From Squalus acanthias (lineage: Eukaryota): a stretch of 64,000 nucleotides of DNA. The stretch lies in contig CM059433.1 of the NCBI GenBank assembly GCA_030390025.1, positions 3,720,001 to 3,784,000 on the forward strand, read 5' to 3'. The notes under the pieces were generated by a model. It was not told where the DNA came from. It saw only the letters and a program-made list of their open reading frames with translations, and searched no databases. A program made the position numbers and the translations under genes. Below are positions 25,282-37,146 of the stretch, piece after piece; the first letter of the stretch is position 1; each line of letters begins with the position of its first letter.

Positions 25282-25823
25282 CATTGAAACATATAAGATT
25301 GTGAAGGGGTTGGATCGGGTGGATGCGGGGAGGATGTTCCCGATGACGGGTGAGACGAGAACTAGGGGACATAGTCTTAGAATAAGGGGCTGCTCTTTCA
25401 AAACTGAGATGAGGAGGAACTACTTCACTCAGAGGGTGGTAGGTCCATGGAATATGCTGCCACAAAAAGCTGTAGAAGCTACAACATTAATTAAATTTAA
25501 AACAGAAATAGACAGTTTCCTAGAAGTAAAGGGCATTAAGGGTTACGGGGAGCGGGCAGGAATTTGGACATGAGTCTAGGTTCGGATCGGTCATGGCCCT
25601 GTGGGTAGTGGAGCGGGCCCAGGGACTGTGTAGCCTGATTCTGCTCCTATTTCGTGTGTGCAATTCTGTTAGATGCAGGAGATGGTTCTGTGATAGATAG
25701 TAGATTGGCGGTTAGGATCAGATCAGCCATGATCTTATTGAATGGCGGAGCAGGCTCGAGGGGCCGATTGGCCTACTCCTGCTCCTATTTCTTATGTTCT
25801 TATCCTATTTCTTATGTTCTTAT
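25282..25823 (+). mobile_element. CR1 3' fragment, double-tail subfamily
   Basis: IETYKIVKGLDRVD...WNMLPQKAVEA, then two successive hairpin-tail units. Confidence 0.9.
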
Positions 25824-26242
25824 GTTTGGGAGGTGCTGTCAAAGAAGCCTTGGTGAGTTGCTGCAGTGCATCTTGGATGGTACACACTGCAGCCACGGTA
25901 CACTGGTGGTGGAGGGAGTGAATGTTTAGGGTAGTGGAAGGGCTGCCAATCGAGCGAGCTGCTTTGTCCTGGATGGCGTCAAGCTTCTTGAGAGTTGTTG
26001 AAGCTGCCAAGGGCAGTCACTGTCACCTCACCTCCGGAATTCAGCTCCTTTGTCCATGTTTGGACTAAGGCTGTAATGAGGTCTGGAGCCGAGTGGTCCT
26101 GGCAGAACCCAAACTGAGCATCCGTATGCAGGTTATTGGTGAGTAATTGCCGCTTGATAGTACTGTCGACGACACCTTCCATCACTTTGCTGATGATTGA
26201 GAGTAGACTGATGGGCCGGTAATTGGCTGGGTTGGATTTTTC

Positions 26243-27814
26243 CTACTTTTTGTGGACAGGACATACCTGGGCAGTTTTCCACATTGTCGGATAGATGCCA
26301 GTGTTGTAGCTGTACTGAAACAGCTTGGCTAGAGGCGCAGCTAATTCTGGAGCACAAGTCTTCAGCATGACAGCCGGGATGTTATTGGGGCCCACAGCCT
26401 TTGCTGTATCCAGTGCGCTCAGACGTTTCTTGATATCACGTGGAGTGAATCGAATTGGCTGAAGACTGGCTTCTGTGATGGTGGGGACCTCAGGAGTAGG
26501 CCGATATGGATCATCCACTCGGCACTTCTGGCTGAAGTTGGTTGCAAATGCTTCAGACTTGTCTTTTGCACTCACGTGTTGGGCTCCACCATCATTGAGG
26601 ATGGGGATATTCATGGAGCCTCCTCCTCCCGTCAGTTGTTTAATGGTCCACCACCATTCACGACTGGATGTGGCAGGACTGCAGAGCTTTGATCTGATCC
26701 ATTGATTGTGGGATCGCTTAGCTCTGTCTATAGCATGCTGCTTCCATTGTTTAGCATGCATGTAGTCCTGTGTTGCAGCTTCCCCAGGTTGGCACCTCAT
26801 TTTTAGGTACGCCTGGTGCTGCTCCTGGCATGCTCTTCTACACTCCTTATTGAACCAGGATTGGTCCACTGGCTTGATGGTAATGGTAGAGTGAGGGATA
26901 TGCCGGGCCATGAGGTTACAGATTGTGGTGGAATACAATTCTGCTGCTGCTGCTGATGGCCCACAATGCCTCATGGATGCCCAGTTTTGAGCTGCTAGAT
27001 CTGTTCTGAATCTATCCCATTTAGCACGGTGGTAGTGCCACACAATACGATGGAGGGTGTCCTCAATGTGAAGACGGGACTTCGTCTCCACAAGGACTTT
27101 GTGGTGGCCACTGCCACCAATGCTGTCATGGACAGATGCATCTGTGACAGGTAGATTGGTGAGGATGAGGTCAAGTAGGTTTTTCCCTCGTTTTGGTTCT
27201 CTCACCACCTGTCGCAGGCCTAGTCTGGCAGTTATGTCCTTCAGGACTCGGCCAGCTTGGTCAGTAGTGGTGATTCTGAGCCACTCTTGGTGATGGACAT
27301 TGAAGTCCCCCACCCAGAGTACATTCTGTGCCCTTGCAACTCTCAGTGCTTCTTCCAAGTGATGTTCAACATGGAGGAGTACTGATTCATCAGCTGAGGG
27401 AGGGTGGTAGGTGGTAATCATCAGGAGGTTTCCTTGCCCATGTTTGACCTGATGCCATGAGACTTCATAGGGTTCGGAGTCAGTGTTGAGGACTCCCAAG
27501 GCCTCTCCCTCCCAACTGTATACCACTGTGCCACCACCTGTGGTGGGTCTGTGCTGCCGGTGGGACAGGACATACCCAGGGATAGTGATGGAGCAATCTG
27601 GGACATTGGCTAAAAGATATGATTCTGTGAGTACGACTATGTCAGGCTGTTGCTTGACTAGTCTGTGGGACAGCTCTCCCAATTTTGCAACAAGTCCCAA
27701 AATGTTAATGGGGAGGACTTTGTCGGGTCGACTGGGCTGGGTGTGCCTCGGTCGATGCCGGGTGGTCCGTCCAGTTTTATTCTTAGTATACTGCTTTGTA
27801 GTAGTTTGGTACAA
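26243..27814 (-). pseudogene. LINE ORF2 fragment: apurinic-like endonuclease, linker and start of RT
   Basis: PDIVVLTES, GGGTVVY, WVGDFNVHH, LLDLILTN, GHHKV, KAVGPNNIP, WKTAQVCPVHKK. Confidence 0.9.
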
Positions 27815-28464
27815 CTGAGTGGCTTGCTAGGCCATTTCAGAGGGCAGTTAAGAGTCAATCACATTGCTGTGGGTCTGGAGTCACATATAGGCCAGACCAG
27901 GGTAAGGATGGTAGATTTCCTTTCCTTAAAGGACATTACTGAACCAGTTGGGTTTTTACGACAATCTGTTAGTTTTATGGTCACCATTGCTGATACTAGC
28001 ATTTTATTCCAGATTAATTTAATTAACTGAATTTAAATTCCCCAGCTGCCGTGGTGGGATTTGAATTCACGTCTCCGGATCATTAGTCCTCGGGGCGGCT
28101 GTTCCTAACACATGCTTCATCTGGTTTACAAAGGTGGCGTCTAGCACTAAAGGCGGGCTAAACCGGCATTGCAGCTCAAGACCCCATCTTGGCCACCTCA
28201 GAGGCTCTTCCGCCTCTAAAGTTTCTGGGGAAAACCGACCCCACTCTGTTGTATTTTGCAGAATGGTCGAATTCAGCTGCTGGCTGTTTACTTTTGCAGC
28301 TATTTTCCACCGCAAGCAATAAGCCTTCTATTGAAACGCTGTATGTAAATTTTCCATCCCCAATATTACACCATTTTTAAATGCTCAACATAGACAACAC
28401 TGTCAGCCGAAAAAAAAAGAAAGGGATGTTCAGCACAGTGACATTCTGCAATTGGGATAGAAAA

Positions 28465-28825
28465 CCATGGAATATGCTGCCCCAAAAAGCTGTAGAAGCT
28501 ACATCATTACATAAATTTAAAACAGAAATAGACAGTTTCCTAGAAGTAAAGGGAATTAAGGGTTACGGGGAGCGGGCAGGAATTTGGACATGAGTCTAGA
28601 TTCGGATCGGTCATGGCCCTGTGGGTAGCGTAGCGGGCCCAGGGGCCGTGTAGCCTGATCCTGCTCCTATTTCGTGTGTCCAATTCTGTTAGGTTCAGGA
28701 GATGGTTCTGTGATAGTAGATTGGCGGTTAGGATCAGATCAGCCATGATCTTATTGAATGGCGGAGCAGGCTCGAGGGGCCAATTGGCCTACTCCTGCTC
28801 CTATTTCTTATGTTCTTATGTTCTT
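28465..28825 (+). mobile_element. CR1 3' fragment, double-tail subfamily (second copy)
   Basis: Highly similar to about 25445-25803. Confidence 0.9.
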
Positions 28826-29186
28826 AAAAACTTCATAAGCCCAGACAACTGTACCGCTCTGAAACTGGTAGAGGTGGCCTGCAGGTTTCTCACCATTGTG
28901 GTCAGCAAGTTGATTAGAAAGTCAGCCTATTGGGTCAACTGAGCCCAGCCAAATTCTCTGCAGTAGAGTCACGTGTGTTCCTGGATTGCAAAACGGTATC
29001 CACATGTTGCACATCATGCGACAAACAAATCAGCCTCCTCTGATGTGCCCCAGGTTTGAGGTGTGAGTGTAGGTGAAACATTGCTTGTACACTCAAGCTG
29101 ATGTGGTTCCTTGTTCAATATGTGGCCAAGTGATTTTATTGCTACCCTTTTGTAGCTGGTTGGTGTCATTTTATTTGTCCTGTCTG

Positions 29187-29944
29187 ACCCACTGTCTGAG
29201 GCTGAACCAGACTGTTCGCAACCTGGGCATTCTATTTGACCCTGAGCTGAGCTTCTGACCCTATATCTGCTCCATCACCAAGACCACCTCTATACATTTC
29301 CATAACAACACCCGTCTCCGCCCCTGCCTCAGCTCATCTGCTGCTGAAACCCTCATCCATGCCCTTGTTACCTCCAGACTCGACTATTCCAATGCTATCC
29401 TGGCTGGCCTCCCACCTCGCACCCCCCGTAAACTTGAGCTCATCCAAAACTCTGCTGCCCATATCCTAACTCGCGCTAAGTCCTGTTCATCCATTATTCC
29501 TGTTCTCGATGGCCTGCATTGGCTACCATTCCGGCAGCACCTCGATTTCAAATTCTCATCCTTGTTTTCAAATCCCTCCCTGGCCTCACCCCTCCTTATC
29601 TCTCTAACCTCCTCCCGCCCTACAACCCTCCGAGATCTCTGCACTCCTCCAATTCTGGCCTCTTGTACATCCCTGATTTTAATCGCTTCACCATTGACAG
29701 CCGTGCCTACAGCAGCCGAGGCCCCGAGCTCTGGAATTCCCTCCCTAAACCTCACCGCCTCGCTACCTCTCTTTCCTCCTTTAAGACGCTCCATGAAACG
29801 TACCTCTTTGACCAAGCTTTTGGTCACCTGCCCTAATATCTCCTTACATGACTCGGTGCCAAATTTTGTTTGTTACGCTCCTGTGAAGCGTCTTGGGACA
29901 TTTGACTACGTTAAAGACGCTGTATAAATACACGTTGTTGTTGT
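29187..29944 (+). mobile_element. L2 LINE 3' fragment
   Basis: VRNLGILFDPELSF, FQILILVFKSL, GPELWNSLP motifs; (GTT)n tail. Confidence 0.9.
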
Positions 29945-30300
29945 TCTGTTGTAATCCAATTTATACTTTGCAGAACATTCAACATTGTTTGTTTTCCTTT
30001 CACAGTCATAGCAAGCTATTCTATGTACTTTGGAGTAATATGTTAAACCCCCTAAGATACTGGCCCACACCTTAAAATGGCCATCCGGCATGGCTGGATT
30101 GGCTTTGCTGTCTAATAAAGACTTTTTCCTTTTCCTTTATTCAGTAACAAGTATGTAAAATTCCATTATGTTGAAGTGCGGCCTCTGTTTAATTTCTTGT
30201 CTGTTCATTGCTAGTGAATAAATTGCATGAGCAAAGGAGTTAAATTTGAATATTTTCAACTAAGATTTGATTGAATGGCTTAAGTTTCTGATAAAGCATG

Positions 30301-30437
30301 TGCAATGTATGTGGGTAGAACAGATGAAGGACAGAGACAGGATGAGTTGCTAGTCCATGTGCTTGCTTTACTAGGCCAGAGCGAACTGAGCATGCTCATA
30401 CTAAAGCACGTGACAAACCATGTGATCATACATTACA
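30301..30437 (-). repeat. 3' LTR
   Basis: Direct repeat of 34331-34459. Confidence 0.9.
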
Positions 30438-30561
30438 CTGCTTTCCCCTTAAAAAAAAACCTATGTATTCCCCTCTCAAATACAACCAAACTATGGCCCC
30501 ACCTTTCCCAGCATTACATGTATCACATAACAAAAACTCCTGGCTTTTAAAAAAAAATGAA

Positions 30562-33500
30562 CTACAAATCCAATTTAATAACAGGTTTGCGGAGCCTTCC
30601 TGATCTCCTTAAAGAAGGTTTTGGTGTTGAGCCATTTTTCGGGCTGTTTTGTTTTGGTCCCGAACTCAAAGATGATCCTGTTTCTATCTCAGACTTGTTT
30701 GAACCTGGTGCTTCAGTTACTGAAGTCTGAACTGAGTCAAACTCATGAATGAGTTCATGATCAAGGGGTTCAAGTTCATGTCTTGGTTCATCTCCAGCAG
30801 AGATCATTTGATCTACATGAACACTTTGGATGTTGTCATCAATTTCAACTAAATATCTCTTGGTTCCACCAACCTCTACTATGGTTCCTACATCCCACTT
30901 CTGTGAATTCAACTTTCCAGGGGGGTTGAGAACACGAACACACTTGTTTTGTTTGAAACTGTGTTCTTTCTGATTGATGTCATAATAACGTTTCTGACTC
31001 AACTGTTTCTGTTCAACTCTTGAGGCCAAATTTGGTTGAACAAGACTCAATCGTGTTCTCAATCTCCTCTTTATCAAGAGTTCTGCTGGGGTATGTCCAG
31101 TTGTAGTGTGCGGAGTAGTTCTGTACTTCAGCAAGAAATTTGCCAAACGTTGCTTCATGCTGAGTCCCGAACAACTCTGCAACACTTGCTTTTTGAGAGC
31201 TTCTTTCACTATTCTGACTGTTCTGTTTGAAGCTGGATGATATGGTGGAACGAGAGTGTGTTTGATACCGTTCCATTTCATGAACTCTTGGAATAGAACA
31301 GAATGGAACTGAGGGCCATTGTCAGAAACAAGCTCTTCAGGTAAGCCATGACATGCGAAGATAGACCTCAACTCATCTATGGTGCATTCAGTTGTAGTAT
31401 TTGAACCCATGTGTTTCACTTCAATCCACTTTGAGTGACTATCTACAAGTACCAGGAAATAATCATTTGCTTTCTCACAGAAGTCTACGTGTACTCTCTG
31501 ACAAGGTCTACTTGGCGATGACCAGGGTTGTAGTGGAGTTCTGGGTGGTTTGTTTCTGCAATTTTGGCAAACGCTGCATTCAAGATCGCTGTCCAATCCA
31601 GGCCAGTAAACAAAGCTTCTTGCGATTGATTTCATACTGACGATCCCTGGATGTTCAGTATGGAGTTCGGCCAGAATTCTATCTCTCAAAGAAGTAGGTC
31701 CCATCACTCTGTTTCCCCACTTGATACAACCTTGCTCACAATTCAGTACGATGGTTATGGAATGGTTTCAATTCTGTGTCCAGACACTGATCAGTCCATC
31801 CATTCAAGGCATTTTCATCCACTCTTTTCAGTACTGAGTCCTTTTGAGTCTCATCTGCAATCTCAGTTGCATTCACGGGAAAGTCTTTGTCAACTGCACC
31901 GAGCGTGAAAATCTCACCTTCACGCCCAACACATGAGTCCTCCTGTGGCAACCTGGACAAGGCATCTGCAATTGCATTTTGCTTTGACGTGAGATATTCA
32001 TTCGTGTAGTCATATTGTGACAACAACTCTGCCCAACGTTGTATTCTTGATGCGGCCATTGCAGGGATGGCAGATTTGGGCCCCAATATTGCTAGGAGCG
32101 GTTTGTGATCGGTTATCAGGGGTAAACTTTCTGCCGATCAGGAACTGTTGGAATTTCTTGATTCCAAACACTATGGTGAGTGCTTCCTTTTCAATTTGCG
32201 CCTAGTTTCTTGCACTCTTTGTGAGGGTTCGCAATGCGAACGTGATTGGTTTCTCTTGGCCGTCATCCATTACATGGCTTATGACAGCTCCCACACCGTA
32301 ACTAGAAGCATCACACGCTAACTTAAGCTCATGCTCTGTGTCGTAGTGCACAAGTAGAGCAGCGCTAGAGAGACTTCTCTTACAAGCGTCGTAAGCTTCC
32401 TGTTGCGATTTCGTCCACTTCCACTGGACATCCTTCTTGAGGAACTCATGCAATCGAGCTAACATGGTCGCTAACTCAGGTAAGAAACGTGTGTAGTACT
32501 GGACCATTCCAAGGAAAGATCTTAACTCAGACACGTTCTGTGGCTTTGGAGCATTGGTGACAGCATCAACCTTTTCCTTAACTGGTTGCAAGCCATTCGC
32601 ATCAACTTTCAGACCAAGGTACACAACCTCGGGCTGCACAAAAGCACATTTGCTCCTTTTCAATTTGACATTGTGGGAATTCAGCATTTGAAGCACTAAA
32701 TCTAACACTTCTAGATTTCCTTCCTCGCTGCTTGTTACGATCAGCACATCGTCTTGATTGCATAAGCAATTTGGACATGCTTTCGTATTTCTTCAGCATT
32801 GTGTCGAGTCACTTCTTTGAAGCATCTACACTGAAGACGTTTTTCCAGTTTTAACTTTTTCAACCAGTCTTTGCCCATGAGGGTTGGCCTGTTGTTGTAG
32901 CTCGCTACAATAATAGGCAGCTTTACTGACTGGCCATTGTGTTGAACTGTACATTCCATTTGTCTACATGTCTCTAGGATTTCTCCAGAGTAGGTTTTTA
33001 ACTCTATGGTACTCTTTGTAAGTGGTATTTGATTAAACTTACTCTCATATGTGTCCTTACTGATAGAGCAGTCCGCCGCCGTGTCGATACACATATCAAT
33101 ATATTGCTCATTGGTCAAAAGTTTTGTACGGAAGTCTTTCTCACGACTGCTGGTGTTGCCGCTAGTGGCATAGATACTGTAGATGCCTAGTTCTTCAACA
33201 TCAGGTGTGCTCACTTCAATATTGTGAACTCCTCCCTTTTGTTGTTGCTGCTTTGCATTGCCACTAGAATGGTTCTTACTTCCGACTTTAGATCTAGCTC
33301 TGCAAGCTGTTGAAATATGGCCATGCTTCTGGCAGTGAAAACACTTCACATTTCTGTAGTGAGTGATTTCCATTGCAGCGATAACAATTCACTGAACTGC
33401 TCTCACCAACCTGCTTTTGACCCAGTCTCACAGCTTTAGGTTTGGCGGTGGCTTTGTGACTGTGGACCTCAGCTGCACTAGTCACTTGAGCTGGACGGAG

Positions 33501-34073
33501 CTCCCTAGCATTCTTAGACACAATTTCCATAGATAGGGCAATTTTGCATACTATGTCCAACGTTAGGTTCAGAGTGTTCAGTAACTTGGACTGTGTGCGC
33601 TCATCCACCAGTCCACACACAAACTTATCTCACAACACACGACCCAAAAAATGTGCCTAAGTTACAATGCAAAGACAGGTTCTTCAGAACTACAATGTAC
33701 TCACTGATGGTTTCACTTTGTTTTTGGTTTCTGGTACCAAGCTTATAGCTCTCTGCTATTTCTAACGGCTTTGGGTCAAAATTGTCCTTGAGTTTCTCGA
33801 CAATTTCTTTAAACAACACACCCTTCGCTTTCCATGGTGCGAGTAGGTTTGTCAATGTTCCGTAGACATCTTGGCTGATCTCCATAAGAAAAATTGCTTT
33901 TTTACGTTCACGAATTATTTTATTTTGAGCTTGAACATTCTCATCTGCACCTTCGGACTCAATAATGTTATTGGCCCAAAAAACATCTCCATCCGCTCAA
34001 TGTAAGAACTGAATGGTTCACGAGCTCAGTCATACATGCCGAGGCTTCCGATGAATCCTGTAGGTGCGGCCAT
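30562..34073 (-). pseudogene. gag-pol pseudogene (frameshifts, stops, RT N-terminal deletion)
   Basis: Zinc knuckles CYRCNGNH and CFHCQKHGHISTAC; protease IDTAA; RT NQDDVL; RNase H LACDASSYGVGAV and NAIADALSRLP; integrase HTEHPG, RVHVDF, LVSDNGPQF, PPYHPASN. Confidence 0.92.
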
Positions 34074-34308
34074 GATTGTCCCGATCCCGTCGAACAGTGA
34101 CTCAGCACGCTACCCGTGTACCTGTGAGAATCAGCGCCGCTGTTGCTGTGTATACATACACGCGAAGGCGAAGCACAGATGATTCTGCTTGAGCATTAAC
34201 GGTAAAACATCGCAAAAATTCAGTTTAGGTGTCACAAATTCACCTTAAACTTTTCCACTCGAAGGTTGAACACTGTGTCCTTCCGTGATCCCTAAAATTG
34301 GCTTTGGG

Positions 34309-34326
34309 ATCCCATCCTCGTCGCCA
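34309..34326 (-). promoter_or_regulatory. Primer-binding site complementary to the tRNA-Ser(GCU) 3' end
   Basis: Minus strand TGGCGACGAGGATGGGAT lies 4 nt after the 5' LTR and matches the vertebrate tRNA-Ser-GCT 3' end ATCCCATCCTCGTCG+CCA (recalled sequence). Confidence 0.85.
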
Positions 34327-34330
34327 AAAT

Positions 34331-34459
34331 TGTAATATATGTGTGGGTAGAACAGATGAAGGACAGAGACAGGATGGGTTGCGAGTTTATGTGCTTGCTT
34401 TACTAGGCCAGAGCGAACTGAGCCTGCTTTTACAATAAACCACGTGATAATACATTACA
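34331..34459 (-). repeat. 5' LTR
   Basis: TGTAAT...ATTACA termini, followed by TSD GCATG. Confidence 0.9.
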
Positions 34460-36990
34460 GCATGCAAAAACCAATGGAGCCAAAAATCAGGCATTGGTTC
34501 AGCATAAACTAATCTACATTTATGCCACAAAACAGCCTAAGATGCCAACTTTATGTTTGACAGTCTGTAAATTAGGCTCAGCACCCCTATGTTTATCAGT
34601 ATCTTAAACATATTTGATTTTGTAAAGGAGCTCATTAAGCTACTTTTTTTGATTTAGCATAAGAAGCAATTGGCATTTACAGAACTCTAGACACTGAGTT
34701 TCCTGACTGGGGAAGCCACAGATTGTGCAGAGACGTGCAGCTGTGTAATAAATGTGAAATTAGATCATGCATTGGTTTTGTAGCTAAAAATACGTAAGAC
34801 TGTTTTAAAATTTCTTAAGTACTGCAATATTTAGTAACCCTGTTTTATTTTGCTCCACGGTTCCAAGCAACATAACTTTGTAAAGTGTCTGCTTTTAGAA
34901 GAATGTTGAGCATTTTACCTCCTATTATCCTGGTGCTAAATATTTATGGTCAATAACGCCAAACTTACTCACTGGTTTTGATCTCTCCTTGGGGGCGGCA
35001 CGGTGATAAATGTCATTTTCAAGCCTGCAAATTGGAGCAGAAACGGTTTCCACTGGGTTTTTGCCCCAAAATTGATGCAGTTTGCAATGCTTATTTGGGC
35101 CACCCCATAATCTGTCTAACACGTCCTTATAGAGCTAGTTTGAATTTGTTCAAATGAGGGCCAGTGACATTGGTGAGGCAAAATCCAAAAGTTTTGCTCC
35201 CACATACTAGGGTAACTGAAAGAAAGTTAAATGTGGCCTACCTATCGTCGGTGTTAGCTGAAACTGGTGGACATGTAGAACAGCTGATCCAGAAACTTGC
35301 AGAAATTTGAATGATTAGTTATTGCACCTGGGAAAGAGCTTTTGGCACTTTTTTTTGGCTTTTCACATAGGCAGAATTGAACATGTCCATGACTGCCTAA
35401 AGAATTGTGGGACCCTCCCAGTGAGAGGTTCTGAAGATTCCCAATGGGTATTCGCTTGTTTGACATTATAATGGAGGAGCAGGAGAAGATGGAGGAGAGT
35501 GAGGCAGCATATGAGAAAGATGACGTTTCCCTTGAAGACCTTAGTGAGACCTGTGTTAGAAGAGTGCTGCTCATCAAAGAGGCAATAGCAGGGCCATGCC
35601 AGCCTCACACACAGTCAAGGTCATCTATTGAGAAAGTTCTGCCTTTCGCTGGAGAGTTGATAACCACAGTCAATTTTTACGCCACTGGGTCATTTCAGGC
35701 AGCCATGGGAAATCTGTGTAATCTCGCTCACAGTGCCATTTGGGCAGGTATTTGTCAGGTAACTGATGCACTTTTCAAGAGAGCTGGATTTGCCATGACA
35801 GCAAGATAGCAACATTATAGGGTCATAGAGTTTTTGTACAGGGTCATAGCTGGATTCCCCAAAGCGCACATTGCAATAGATCCCACCCATACAGTATTGT
35901 GAGCTCCTACAGTTAACCCGCTCAACTTCCTTGATAGAAAGGGCAATCCCTTGACAAATTTTTTTAAATTCGTTCATGGGATGTGGCTGTCGCTGGCAAG
36001 GCCATCATTTATTGCCCTTCCCTAATTGCCCTCGAGAAGGTGGTGATGAGTCGCCTTCTTGAACCACTGCAGTCCGTGTGGTGAAGGTACTCCCACAGTG
36101 CTGTTAGGAAGGGAGTTCCAGGATTCTGACCCAGCAACGATGAAGGAACGGCGATATATTTCCAAGTCAAGATGGTGTGTGACTTGGAGGGAATCTTGGA
36201 GGTGATGGTGTTCCCATGCGCCTGCTGCCTTTGTCCTTCTAGGTAGCAGAGGTCGCGGGTTTGGGAGGTGCTGTCGAAGAAGCCTTGGCGAGTTGCTGCA
36301 GTGCATCTTGTAGATGGTACACACTGCAGCCATGGTACGCCGGTGGTGGAGGGAGTGAATGTTTAAGGTGGTGGATGGGGTGCCAATGAAGTGCGTTGCT
36401 TTGTCCTGGATGGTGTCGAGCTTCTTGAGTGTTGTTGGAGCTGCACTCATCCAGGAAAGTGGAGAGTATTCCATCACACTCCTTACTCGTGCCTTGTAGA
36501 TGGTGGAAAGGATTTGGGGAGTCAGGAGGTGAGACACTCGCCGCAGAATACCTAGCCTCTGACGTGCGCTTATTGCCACAGTATTTATGTGGCTGGTCCA
36601 GTTAAGTTTCTGGTCAATGGTGACCCCCAGGATGTTGATGGTGGGGGATTCAGTGATGGTAATGCCGTTGAAGGTCAAGGGGCGGTGGTTAGACTCTCGC
36701 TTGTTGGAGATAGTCATTGCCTGGTACTTGTGTGGTGCGAATGTTACCTGCCACTTATCAGCCCAAGCCTGAATGTTGTCCAGGTCTTGCTGCATGCGGG
36801 CATGGACTGCTTCATTATCTGAGGAGTTGTCAATGGCACTGAATATTGTGCAGTCATCAGCGAACATCCCCACTTCTGACTTTATGATGGAGGGAAGGTC
36901 ATTGATGAAGCAGCTGAAGATGGTAAGGCCTAGGACACTATCCTGAGGAACTCCTGCAGCGATGTCCTGGGACTATGATGATTGACCTCC

Positions 36991-37146
36991 AACTCCCTCC
37001 CTAACAGCACTGTGAGAGTACCTTCACCAAACGGTATGCAGCGGTTCAAGAAGGCGGCTCACCACCACCTTCTGAAGGGCAATTAGGAATGGGCATTAAA
37101 TGCTGGTCTTGCCAGCGACGCCCAGATCACATGAACGAAAAAAAAA
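36991..37146 (+). mobile_element. Short 3' end of the same LINE family, inserted antisense within the LINE
   Basis: AACTCCCTCCCTAACAGC...GGGCAATTAGG...ATGAACGAAAAAAAA. Confidence 0.9.

Larger units (their letters stand above)
24988..28089 (-). mobile_element. LINE (APE endonuclease plus RT, probably CR1-Zenon-like), near full length, with RT-core deletion and tRNA-like 5' head
   Basis: Endonuclease motifs in ORF 26243-27814; 3' end HHHLLKGN followed by AATAAA and poly(A); deletion near 26010; CR1 inserted at 25282-25823. Clade assignment is tentative. Confidence 0.85.
22611..28242. mobile_element. Internally deleted Harbinger element hosting nested insertions
   Basis: Imperfect TIRs GGGGGTTATTT / AAAACCGACCCC with ACT on both flanks; contains a Myb/SANT-like fragment. 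Confidence 0.55.
30301..34459 (-). mobile_element. Ty3/Gypsy LTR retrotransposon, Mag-like, defective
   Basis: Two short LTRs (TG...CA), 5-bp TSD GCATG, PBS, polypurine tract next to 30438, and gag-PR-RT-RNaseH-IN order. Confidence 0.95.
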
